Assembly (NCBI RefSeq): GCF_000253055.1
Contig: NC_016070.1
Location: 600,001-632,000 of the forward strand
Length of the DNA: 32,000 nt
Source: Thermoproteus tenax Kra 1
GTDB taxonomy: Archaea > Thermoproteota > Thermoprotei > Thermoproteales > Thermoproteaceae
Reading direction: 5' to 3'
Shown: one piece after another, positions 16,749 to 24,848 of the stretch
How the letters are laid out: each line of letters opens with the position of its first letter
How positions within the stretch are numbered: position 1 is the first letter of the stretch
Position numbers and translations under genes: made by a program
Notes under the pieces: model-generated
Seen by the model: only the letters and a program-made list of their open reading frames with translations
Database searches by the model: none
Told to the model about the DNA's origin: nothing

Positions 16749-17108
16749 ATGGCCCGCCTCTATGTATTTCCAGGCTATGACGATATAGACGATGAGCCCG
16801 AGATAAGACAGAAGATATATAAGGCTCTTAAGGACGTTGAGGCCGCCATCAGGAAGCGTATGATGGGAGAGGAGGCGTTAGATACTCTGGGTAGGTCTCT
16901 CAAGGCAGTCAACATGATCTCTGTGAAGGTGAAGTCTCCTAAGGGGAGGCCTACCGATTTGGAGGAACTTGAAAAAATAGATGGAGAAATTTTCGATAAA
17001 ATTAATATGATTTTTTCATTATTACAAATGAAAAGTTATGATACTCTTTTTCAGCAGATTTTAGAGTTGGACAGGCTAGTTGATAGACGCAATAGCTTAT
17101 TCAAATGA
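16749..17108 (+). CDS. Hypothetical helical/coiled-coil protein
   Basis: 119-aa ORF with an ATG start and ATGA overlap with the next gene. The 3' third is markedly AT-rich. No family recognised. Confidence 0.6.
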   Translation: MARLYVFPGYDDIDDEPEIRQKIYKALKDVEAAIRKRMMGEEALDTLGRSLKAVNMISVKVKSPKGRPTDLEELEKIDGEIFDKINMIFSLLQMKSYDTLFQQILELDRLVDRRNSLFK

Positions 17109-17785
17109 TAGCGTATGCCGACCACCCAGACGGCGGGGCAATAGTCGACATATCTCAGCTAGAGAGAGCGCTGGAGAGGTCAGCCTTATTCCTGTCGCTC
17201 GTAGTTTTCCGTGAAGTTCCCAGCTTGATGGAGAAGGCCTTCAGAGAGTGGGCGCGGATCGGGACGCCCGACGTAGCCGAGGCTATATACGCCTATACAT
17301 ATCAGTATATAAAGCGCATTATTACTGACAGAGAACTCCTTCTGCGCATCGCTGAGCTGTTCAACAGAATGGGAGCACCCGATGTGCTGGCAATGCAGAG
17401 GGCTCTGGCAATAAGCGCCGGCATAACGACGTGCGACATAGGAGGGTTGATCTTCGTAGAGAACCCTAGAACCTCTCTATACTCGAGACCCTCGGGCACG
17501 ACGCCGCCGGACGCCATAACGAGCTCGGTATACGCCAGAGCGCACCTTGTTATAAACAGAGGGTCCCGGACGATCATCGATTGGGACACCTTCTGCGTCG
17601 TACCCTACCTCCCCACCGGCGATCCATACGTAATACACCCACTACAGAGGCTTCACAACGCCGGTTATTTTGTCGCAACTCGGGGGATCCCACGATGTGT
17701 CGCCTCAGACGGAAGCCCGACAGATGGAGCGGCGCTAGCTCCGCGCGGGCTCGCTAAGCTCCTGGGCTTGCCGCCCTGCGCTTAA
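17105..17785 (+). CDS. Hypothetical protein
   Basis: 226-aa ORF translationally coupled to the preceding gene. No family recognised. Confidence 0.6.
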   Translation: MIAYADHPDGGAIVDISQLERALERSALFLSLVVFREVPSLMEKAFREWARIGTPDVAEAIYAYTYQYIKRIITDRELLLRIAELFNRMGAPDVLAMQRALAISAGITTCDIGGLIFVENPRTSLYSRPSGTTPPDAITSSVYARAHLVINRGSRTIIDWDTFCVVPYLPTGDPYVIHPLQRLHNAGYFVATRGIPRCVASDGSPTDGAALAPRGLAKLLGLPPCA

Positions 17786-18386
17786 GTCTCGGCAACTCCC
17801 AACCGTATCGCAAAGAGAGGAGCCTAAGCGCCACCACCGAGATTATGGTGCCCAACAATGCAACCTCTCTGCCCTCTATATAATAAAGGGAGAGGTACAC
17901 TAGGCCCCCTATAGCGGCAGCCGTCGCATAGATCTCTTTGCGGAGCACCAGAGGTATTTCAGCCGCCAGAACATCTCTTACGACTCCGCCGCCGGCTGCT
18001 GTTATCGCCGCCATTGCCGCGACCCCTAGTGGGTTTAGCCCCCGCTTTAGCGCTATGTCGGCGCCTATTGCTGCGAATGCGCCAAGCCCTAATGCGTCTG
18101 GGTACAATACAACGTCTCTATATTTGCTCACTTTATCATACAGCGCAAAGGTGAAGGCCGAGGCCCCTATGGCCGCCAGCTGATACGGCAACGACGTTAT
18201 ATTCGTTGGGGGGACTATGCCGAGAATCAGATCCCGGATGATCCCGCCGGCCAACGCCGTCGAATAGCCCAACACGAGGAAGCCGAGCAGATCTAGATCC
18301 TTCTCGCCCGCCTTGAGGGCGCCCGAGACTGCAAACGCTATTATCCCCACGTAGTTAAGCGCATCAACTATGAGGTCCGCCAACAT
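17754..18386 (-). CDS. UPF0126/TRIC-family membrane protein (putative cation or glycine channel)
   Basis: 210-aa polytopic ORF with the duplicated UPF0126 pattern (AFAVSGALKAGEKDLDLLG...GGIIRD and AAIGADIALKRGLNPLG...GGGVVRD). Confidence 0.85.
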   Translation of the reverse strand: MLADLIVDALNYVGIIAFAVSGALKAGEKDLDLLGFLVLGYSTALAGGIIRDLILGIVPPTNITSLPYQLAAIGASAFTFALYDKVSKYRDVVLYPDALGLGAFAAIGADIALKRGLNPLGVAAMAAITAAGGGVVRDVLAAEIPLVLRKEIYATAAAIGGLVYLSLYYIEGREVALLGTIISVVALRLLSLRYGWELPRLKRRAASPGA

Positions 18387-18681
18387 AGCGCTTCAGTTTC
18401 ATCAGGAGCGGCTCTACCTCAGGGAGGGGCGGCGCCACCTTTTTCAAGAAGGCCGTTAGATCTCCCTCTTCGTATATTACTATATACTTATTGGTGCCGC
18501 CCTCGTCCGTAGTGTCGAGGAACCCTATTCCGAGCTCCCTCAGACACTCGGCCAGATCGTCTGGAGGGTTCGTGAAGATGACCAAGACGCCTCCCTCTTG
18601 GTGGGGATCTGGATCGAAGTAATCGCCTGTTTTCTCGAAGACCTCCCTCACGTAGTGTGCCGGATCTCTATCGCACGTCAT
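18364..18681 (-). CDS. Hypothetical acidic protein
   Basis: 105-aa ORF with an ATGA overlap with the upstream 2H phosphoesterase gene and a 23-nt overlap with the downstream membrane protein gene. Confidence 0.55.
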   Translation of the reverse strand: MTCDRDPAHYVREVFEKTGDYFDPDPHQEGGVLVIFTNPPDDLAECLRELGIGFLDTTDEGGTNKYIVIYEEGDLTAFLKKVAPPLPEVEPLLMKLKRYVGGPHS

Positions 18682-19142
18682 GCCAGTTTTATGGATCGCA
18701 ACGACTTATATTCTCCGCCCGTTGTGTCCACGAGGTGCACCTCGCGCACTTCGAACGAGAATCCCCGGAGCGATGCCGCCTCTCTGAGCGCAGGCTCCAG
18801 TTCGTCCTCGCTTGGTCTCTTCAGTCTCACGGAGTACAACGTCGCATGCGGCCTGAACTCAATGTACCGCTCCTCCAGAGAGCCGCCCACAGCAACTTCA
18901 AGAGCCCTCCGCAACGATAGAAAGTCGGAGTAAGGCTTAGCCTCCAGTGCGATAAACCTAGGCTTGGATCTGCTCGGCAGTATGACGACCTCGCCCAACG
19001 TAGCCAAGAAGCGGCGAGCGCTGACGGTAGTCTCGATGGGCCGCCTCAGCTTAAGGAGAGTTATATGGGGCTTGACCGGTCGGAATCCTTCCAAAGGCCT
19101 CAGCGGAGGAAACGGCAGCAGGACCGCGTATATGTATGGCAT
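18678..19142 (-). CDS. 2H-phosphoesterase superfamily protein (LigT/ThpR-like RNA 2',3'-cyclic phosphodiesterase)
   Basis: 154-aa ORF with the two H-x-T-x motifs (PHITLL and PHATLY) at the expected spacing. Confidence 0.8.
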   Translation of the reverse strand: MPYIYAVLLPFPPLRPLEGFRPVKPHITLLKLRRPIETTVSARRFLATLGEVVILPSRSKPRFIALEAKPYSDFLSLRRALEVAVGGSLEERYIEFRPHATLYSVRLKRPSEDELEPALREAASLRGFSFEVREVHLVDTTGGEYKSLRSIKLA

Positions 19143-20911
19143 TAAGTCGCGTAGTAGTACTCTCCTCTTTCTTTCTGCTCTCTATCCAGGACGGAGCCGG
19201 GCTTGTTCACCCTCGGCCTCCCGGTCTTTGGCTCCCTTCTGAAGGTTACGTCGATCCACTTGAGGAAGATATTCATGCCGGTCCTCATATCTAGGGGGCC
19301 CTCGGAGTATCCCTCCACTCCTGAGGCTCCTAAGAAGGGCATTATGGAGCTTGACATGTAGTCCAACATGGCTACGTCGTGTTCGACCACCAAGGCAGCC
19401 GACTCGCTCTCCTCTATTATCCTCCTTACTGTCCTGGCCACAGCTATCCTCTGCTCTACGTCTAGATACGCCATGGGCTCGTCTAAGACGTAGAGATCGG
19501 CTTTTTTCAGCAGAGAGGCCGCCACTACGACTCTCTGGAGCTCGCCTCCCGACAGCTCGCCCATGGTCTTATCCAACACGTTGGAGAGGCCCAGGCCTGA
19601 GGATATGTCGGGCCAGATAGGGTTATCAGAATATTCAGGCGCCTCTTTAGCTAGCCACAAGCGCACAGGCACCTCGGAGTTTTTCACAGCTATCTGGCGT
19701 ATGTACTGCGGCTTGTAGCTGACGGCGCTAACTCCAAAAATTTCGCCTTCATCAGGCTTCAGCTCCCCTACCAACATCCTCACGAAGGTGGTCTTGCCCA
19801 CGCCGTTTGGGCCTATGACGCCTACGATCTCCCCTCTTCCAATATATCCGCTCTTGACTCTAAGGCGGAAAGTATCGAGAGTTATCGACAGATCCGTCCA
19901 CTGGGCCAGCGCCCTCTGCCTGCTCGTCTTGCGTTCAGGCGGTCTGACCTCAAACTTTATCGCCTCATTTCTGATCCTCATGTTCTCATGGGCCAGATAG
20001 CCGCTGAGATACTCGTTGACGGCCTCCCTCGCCCCCAGAGGGTGTGAAACTATCCCGTAGGCGCCGGGCTTGCCGTATAGGACTACGGCTGTGTCCGCGA
20101 GATAGTCGAGGATTGTGAAGTCGTGCTCAACTACTACCGCGAACTTGCCTTGGGTTTTCTCCCTCATAAGTGCAGCGATTCGCACTCTCTCGACTACATC
20201 CAAATGCGTCGACGGCTCATCAAATATATACACATCTGCGTCCTTCGAGAGCGCTGCGGCTATCGCAAGCTTCTGGAGCTCGCCTCCAGATAAGTTCGAT
20301 ATATCTCTGTCGGCCAACTTAGAGAGGCCGAGCCTCTCCATCAGCTCCTGCGGTATTTTGGCCTTCTCCGCGATATCTCTGACCGTCCCCTTTAAGTAGA
20401 GGGGTATGAGCTCTATATACTGGATCTTGTGCACCGTCTTCATCCTCTTTCCGTACAGCTCGGAGAAGTACGTCTGGAGCTCCGTCCCTCTGAAGGCCTT
20501 GATTACATCGTCGTGTGATGCGCCCGTCTCCTTGCACAAGTTCGGAACCAACTCGCCGGCCAATATCTTGGCTATGGTGGTCTTGCCGAGGGCGTTTCTT
20601 CCTATGATGCCCACGATGGTTCCCCTCTTTAGCATAGGGAGCCTATATAGCTTGAATCCTCCGGGGAAATATCTGTGGACGCAGTCCGATTCGAGCTCGT
20701 CGGGCAGATTCGTTATTGTTATAGCCGAGAACGGACACTTGTGGACGCATATGCCGCAGCCGATGCACAGCTTCTCGGAGATGACCGCCTTGCCGGTGTT
20801 CTCGTCCAGCCAAACGACCTTGCCGCCCTTATTCAGAGGACAGTACTTTATACACTCCTGTCCGCACTTCTTCGGGTCGCATGAGTCGCGGTCGACTACG
20901 GCGATTCTCAT
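19142..20911 (-). CDS. ABCE1 / RNase L inhibitor homologue (ribosome recycling ATPase)
   Basis: 589-aa ORF. N-terminal 2x[4Fe-4S] domain (CDPKKCGQECIKYCP, CIGCGICVHKCP) followed by twin ABC cassettes (GRNALGKTT / GPNGVGKTT, LSGGELQ twice). Confidence 0.95.
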   Translation of the reverse strand: MRIAVVDRDSCDPKKCGQECIKYCPLNKGGKVVWLDENTGKAVISEKLCIGCGICVHKCPFSAITITNLPDELESDCVHRYFPGGFKLYRLPMLKRGTIVGIIGRNALGKTTIAKILAGELVPNLCKETGASHDDVIKAFRGTELQTYFSELYGKRMKTVHKIQYIELIPLYLKGTVRDIAEKAKIPQELMERLGLSKLADRDISNLSGGELQKLAIAAALSKDADVYIFDEPSTHLDVVERVRIAALMREKTQGKFAVVVEHDFTILDYLADTAVVLYGKPGAYGIVSHPLGAREAVNEYLSGYLAHENMRIRNEAIKFEVRPPERKTSRQRALAQWTDLSITLDTFRLRVKSGYIGRGEIVGVIGPNGVGKTTFVRMLVGELKPDEGEIFGVSAVSYKPQYIRQIAVKNSEVPVRLWLAKEAPEYSDNPIWPDISSGLGLSNVLDKTMGELSGGELQRVVVAASLLKKADLYVLDEPMAYLDVEQRIAVARTVRRIIEESESAALVVEHDVAMLDYMSSSIMPFLGASGVEGYSEGPLDMRTGMNIFLKWIDVTFRREPKTGRPRVNKPGSVLDREQKERGEYYYAT

Positions 20912-20937
20912 AACGTCCTTAGGAAAACTGGGAGGTT

Positions 20938-21207
20938 TTAATCCTCGGCCTCCTCCCCCTCTTGAAGGTTCTCCAGGAGCTGTTTTCTGAGCTCCTCCAG
21001 CTCCTCCTGGTCTATCTCTGACACTCTCTCCTCGGCGGTCATAACTCCGCGCTTCTTCTCTTCAGAGACCTCCGTCTTTACGCTATAGGCCCTCTTGTCT
21101 CTCTCAGTCAACCTCACCTCGTACCCACACTTGGGACACCTCAAGACGGTGTGGCCGTCCTTTTTGACTGGAACCATCAGGGTGCCGTCCTTGGGGCAGA
21201 ACCTCAT
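20938..21207 (-). CDS. RPB9/TFS N-terminal-like zinc-ribbon protein with acidic tail
   Basis: 89-aa ORF MRFCPKDGTLMVP...RCPKCGYEV, followed by a charged helical tail ending EGEEAED. There is no C-terminal TFIIS-type ribbon. Confidence 0.7.
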   Translation of the reverse strand: MRFCPKDGTLMVPVKKDGHTVLRCPKCGYEVRLTERDKRAYSVKTEVSEEKKRGVMTAEERVSEIDQEELEELRKQLLENLQEGEEAED

Positions 21208-21280
21208 CTCAATCTGCCCACTATCACCTATTTAAGTATGTGCCCTCCTGCGCAACCCAATCGCCTTGTCGCTGATATAG

Positions 21281-21292
21281 ATAAATTTATAA
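21281..21292 (+). promoter_or_regulatory. TATA-like box for iorA
   Basis: ATAAATTTATAA lies 21-32 nt upstream of the in-frame GTG at 21313. Confidence 0.45.
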
Positions 21293-21312
21293 GCTATATA
21301 TATCTATTTATT

Positions 21313-23103
21313 GTGAGACAGCTGTTGCTCGGCAACGAGGCCATAGCGTACGGAGCTCTGTCTGCCGGTGTGGCTGTCGCAACAGGATACCCTGGGACTC
21401 CTTCGTCTGAGGTCATCGAGACTTTGTTGGAGTACCGCGACCGGATAGTCGAATGGACGACGAACGAGAAAGTCGCTGTAGAGATAGCATATGGCGCCGC
21501 GTTGTCGGGCGCCAGGGCGCTGGCGGCCATGAAGCACGTCGGCCTAAACGTAGCAGCAGACCCGCTCCACAGCGCAGCCTACACTGGCGTTGAAGGCGCG
21601 TTATTGATAGTGGTCGCCGATGATCCAGCCATGTGGTCGTCTCAAAACGAGCAAGATACTAGGTGGTATGGCGTACAAGCGTATGTGCCTGTGTTAGAGC
21701 CGTCCGATCCTCAGGATGCCTTTCAATTAGCCAAGGAGGGCTTTAGTCTCAGCGAATCCTTCGGCCATCCCGTCCTTTTGAGAAGCGTGACCCGCGTCAG
21801 CCACGTAAGAGCCCCCGTCGTAGTCGAACCGCCCGCCCCGCCTAAGTTCGGCAGGTTCCAAAAGAGGGTCGACAAGCACGTGCTCGTGCCGGCCATCGCT
21901 AGGACGAGAAAGGTTGACTTATTGAAAAAGTGGGAGTCGCTTGCGGACGTGTCCCTAAGATATACAAAGGTGGATGGCGAGGGCGATCTCGTCGTTATAG
22001 CGTCCGGCGTCGGCTACGCCTACGCAGCCGAGGCTCTAGAGAGGTATAATGTGAGAGCGAGGCTGATAAAGATCGGGATGTCGGTCCCAATTTCGAAGAG
22101 AATACTCGACATGGTGCCGCAGGGAGAGGCGGTAGTAGTGGAGGAGGGAGACCCAGTGTTGGAGATCCAGCTGAGGAGTCTCGGGTTGAGGACTAAGGGG
22201 AAGCTTGACGGCTTCTTCCCCAGACATGGTGAGCTGACTCTGAGGTCGGTCATCGAGGGGATCTCTAAGGCGTTTAATTTAGGCGTGAAACTGCCCTCAG
22301 CGCCCAGGCCCCCGTTGGAGCCGCCCTCCAGGCCTGCATATCTGTGTCCAGGGTGCCCCCACATGGGGACTTTCTACGCGCTGAGGATAGCCGCCGCAGG
22401 CGCCAAAATTGTATGGTCCGGCGATATCGGGTGTTACTCGCTCGGAGTTAACTTGGGCGAGCAGGACGTCCTCACTCATATGGGGTCTAGTCTCGGGTTG
22501 GGCATGGGCATTGCTCAGGCCGATAGAGAGAAGCTTGTCGTGGCCACAATAGGCGATTCGACGTTTTACCACGCGGCTCTTCCCCAACTAGTCGACCTCA
22601 AGACCAAGAGGGTTCCGTTATTGTTGGTAGTGATGGACAATGAGTATACTGCCATGACCGGCGGGCAGCCGAGTCCCAGCAGAGATGCGCCAGCCGAAAT
22701 CTTCGCGCAGGCCTTGGGGATAAAATACTTCGTCGTAGACCCTGCCGACGTTAAGACGAGCGTGGAGAAGATTAGGGAGGCCGTATCTCTAGCTAAATCA
22801 GGGGAGCCAGCCGTCGTTGTATCAAGACGCCCTTGTATACTTGAGGCACTGCGCGTAGCCAGAAGGGCCGGCTTCAGCCCGCCGAGATATGTGGTCGATG
22901 CCGATAAATGTAAGTCGTGTGGCATATGCTATAACTTATTGAAGTGCTACGCCATCAGCAAGCAACCTGATGGGAAGGCTTGGATAGATCCTTCGTTGTG
23001 TAACGGATGCTCTATGTGCGCCCAAGTCTGTCCCTACAATGCGATCAAGCCCCAAGAGCCTGGAAAGGTCAACAGATGGCTGGAGCTATGGTCACAAGCA
23101 TAG
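21313..23103 (+). CDS. iorA: Indolepyruvate:ferredoxin oxidoreductase alpha subunit
   Basis: The ORF track starts at 21151, but that part overlaps the divergent gene and its promoter. GTG 21313 gives (M)RQLLLGNEAIAYGAL, the typical IorA N-terminus. TPP-binding region GDIGCYSLG...IGDSTFYH and C-terminal 2x[4Fe-4S] motifs CKSCGICY / CNGCSMCAQVCP. Confidence 0.9.
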   Translation: MRQLLLGNEAIAYGALSAGVAVATGYPGTPSSEVIETLLEYRDRIVEWTTNEKVAVEIAYGAALSGARALAAMKHVGLNVAADPLHSAAYTGVEGALLIVVADDPAMWSSQNEQDTRWYGVQAYVPVLEPSDPQDAFQLAKEGFSLSESFGHPVLLRSVTRVSHVRAPVVVEPPAPPKFGRFQKRVDKHVLVPAIARTRKVDLLKKWESLADVSLRYTKVDGEGDLVVIASGVGYAYAAEALERYNVRARLIKIGMSVPISKRILDMVPQGEAVVVEEGDPVLEIQLRSLGLRTKGKLDGFFPRHGELTLRSVIEGISKAFNLGVKLPSAPRPPLEPPSRPAYLCPGCPHMGTFYALRIAAAGAKIVWSGDIGCYSLGVNLGEQDVLTHMGSSLGLGMGIAQADREKLVVATIGDSTFYHAALPQLVDLKTKRVPLLLVVMDNEYTAMTGGQPSPSRDAPAEIFAQALGIKYFVVDPADVKTSVEKIREAVSLAKSGEPAVVVSRRPCILEALRVARRAGFSPPRYVVDADKCKSCGICYNLLKCYAISKQPDGKAWIDPSLCNGCSMCAQVCPYNAIKPQEPGKVNRWLELWSQA

Positions 23104-23633
23104 TCGTAGTAGGAGTTGGGGGTCAGGGAGTAGTAACACTCGCCAGATGGTTGGGCAGAGCCGCCATGGCCGCAGGCTACGATGTAAAAATTGCCGAGAC
23201 CCACGGCTTGAGCCAACGTGGTGGATCGGTGGAGGTGCACGTGAGATTCGGCGAGGTCGTACGCTCTCCAACTGTCTCAGAGGCGGACGCCGATTACGTG
23301 GTCGCCCTCGAGGCCTTGGAGGCGCTGAGGGCATTTAAATATTTAAAGAGCGATGCCCTTATGGTTGTAAACAAGAGGATAATCAATGTTCCAGGCAAAA
23401 GCGTTGACTCAGCTGCCGTCTTCAACGCCCTGGTCTCGTTAAAAAATGTAAAGCTGATTCCAGCTTTCGATATAGCACAGAGGTTGGGCGGATCGACCTA
23501 TGAGAACGCTGTTATGTTCGGCTATATGGCGGCGTTATTGGGCCTCGACAGAGCGGTGGACTGGCTAGATGGGGGCAACCTCAGGGCATTCAACGAGGGG
23601 AAAAAGTTCATAAGTTTTGAAAACATTCGTTGA
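23076..23633 (+). CDS. iorB: Indolepyruvate:ferredoxin oxidoreductase beta subunit
   Basis: Start at ATG 23076 or 23088, overlapping the iorA 3' end. The N-terminal IVVVGVGGQGVVT is typical of the 2-oxoacid oxidoreductase gamma/IorB fold. Confidence 0.9.
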   Translation: MAGAMVTSIVVVGVGGQGVVTLARWLGRAAMAAGYDVKIAETHGLSQRGGSVEVHVRFGEVVRSPTVSEADADYVVALEALEALRAFKYLKSDALMVVNKRIINVPGKSVDSAAVFNALVSLKNVKLIPAFDIAQRLGGSTYENAVMFGYMAALLGLDRAVDWLDGGNLRAFNEGKKFISFENIR

Positions 23634-23857
23634 TGGCCACGAGCTCGGATAGGCTGTTGAGGCCCGTAGGTTGCTCAGCGTTAGTTACAACCGAAGGCCT
23701 CGCCCTTTAGGGCGGGCGTTGCCCCCATGCCCGATGAGCCCGCGCCTGAGGTATCCTGGATGCCGATGAGGGCGTGGGCGAGGAGAAAGTCCCTAGGCGC
23801 GATCGGTCGGGAATTGCCAGCTATGACCGCCTAGGGACAAACGGAAAAAGTTGGCCC
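23634..23857 (+). ncRNA. Candidate structured ncRNA (identity unresolved; CR-I-like and K-turn-like motifs)
   Basis: ORF-free, GC-rich convergent spacer with several hand-paired helices, including a 9-bp helix (23738-23746/23771-23779) and an 11-bp helix (23789-23799/23828-23838). G:U pairs favour the + strand. GAGGAGAAAGUCCC occurs at 23780-23793. Confidence 0.35.
23845..23849 (-). terminator. Oligo-T terminator candidate for rio1
   Basis: A T5 run on the minus strand (CTTTTTCCGTTTG) lies 11-15 nt downstream of the rio1 stop codon. Confidence 0.4.
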
Positions 23858-23859
23858 AA

Positions 23860-24693
23860 CTACAGTTGGCCGAGTAGCTCATAGAGCCTTTTTCCCCCGA
23901 TAATGAGCCATCCCTCCTCGTCCTCGTAGTACTCCCCTCTGGCCCTCTCGGCCAGAACCTTCGCCGCCTTAGTTCCGTCAATCCTCACTCCGAAAAATCT
24001 GAAGACGTTACCTAGGTCTCTTGCCAGATACTCCAGCGCCAATGGATGCTCCCTCTTAACTGCAGAGCCCCAGTCTATGATCCTAATATCTCCGCCTACA
24101 TAGAGCACGTTGAACTCGCTCAAATCCGCGTGGACCAACTTGCCGATTATGTATGCTCTCTCTATATTCCTGAGAATCTCCCAGAACACCTCGTCGGGGT
24201 CGTCCAACCCGCTCACTCCGACCTCATACAGAGCTGGCGCGGGCACGCCGCCCTCTCCTACGAACTCCATTGCGAGTATGTTTTTCTCCGCCGCTATGGG
24301 CCTCGGCACCTTCACGCCTGCCTTAAACGCTGCAGATAGGTTGCCAAATTCCTTTCTACACCAAGTCTCAACTATATCTATTATATCTTTTTTAATTTTT
24401 TTATTTTTAAACCTAGGATCTCCCAATATATATTTATATCGCGATTTAATAAATGTCGATGTAGTTGTGTAATAGATCTTGAGGACAATCTCCTCGCCCT
24501 TCTTATTTCTAGCCAGAACTACCTTGGCCTCCTTACCTTGGGCTATGGAGCCCAAAACCTCGTCAACAACTCCTCTATTCATGAGCGCAAACAACGCCCG
24601 CCACGTGTAGGCATTAAAAACTTCGTCTAAGCTCTCGAAGTACTCATGATCCTTCTCGGTTCTGACGCGTTTTTTTACGTCAATGTCATCCAC
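23860..24693 (-). CDS. rio1: RIO-type serine protein kinase (Rio1-like)
   Basis: 277-aa ORF with the RIO domain: ATP-binding GKEAKVVLA...VLKIY, catalytic LVHADLSEFNVL and metal-binding IIDWGSAV. It lacks the N-terminal wHTH of Rio2. Confidence 0.9.
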   Translation of the reverse strand: MDDIDVKKRVRTEKDHEYFESLDEVFNAYTWRALFALMNRGVVDEVLGSIAQGKEAKVVLARNKKGEEIVLKIYYTTTSTFIKSRYKYILGDPRFKNKKIKKDIIDIVETWCRKEFGNLSAAFKAGVKVPRPIAAEKNILAMEFVGEGGVPAPALYEVGVSGLDDPDEVFWEILRNIERAYIIGKLVHADLSEFNVLYVGGDIRIIDWGSAVKREHPLALEYLARDLGNVFRFFGVRIDGTKAAKVLAERARGEYYEDEEGWLIIGGKRLYELLGQL

Positions 24694-24848
24694 GTAGTTA
24701 TTTAACGAGAAAATTAAAGCGTTCTCAGCGCCGTCTGGACAGTGAGGGCTGTCTCCTCTTATCGTTAGAAATACGGCCCCCCGCCCTTAAGGGTCGGCGG
24801 GGCGCAGCATTGGCAGTTACCATTTATATGTGTATCACAGTTGGCGAT

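Noticed and set aside
23731-23770. Box C/D sRNA reading of CGAUGAG ... CUGA ... CGAUGAG
   Set aside because: The C box to D' spacing is only 8 nt. No terminal D box (CUGA) follows the second C-like box. The two would-be guide segments are complementary to each other. The region is better described as a K-turn-capped helix within a larger structure.
23780-23860. Full canonical RNase P RNA fold for the iorB-rio1 spacer
   Set aside because: Only the CR-I-like motif and a P3-like hairpin fit. The sequence after CR-I forms a local 11-bp hairpin, and I found no CR-V/P4 3' strand partner downstream. It is kept as an unresolved ncRNA candidate, not called rnpB.
24360-24470. AT-rich patches inside coding regions (24360-24470 in rio1, 26540-26640 and 26960-27060 in the RecJ-like gene, 16960-17100, 31360-31460) as possible insertions or mobile fragments
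   Set aside because: Reading frames run through them uninterrupted, and they encode Lys/Ile/Asn-rich segments. There are no flanking repeats. They look like compositional heterogeneity of coding sequence rather than insertions.
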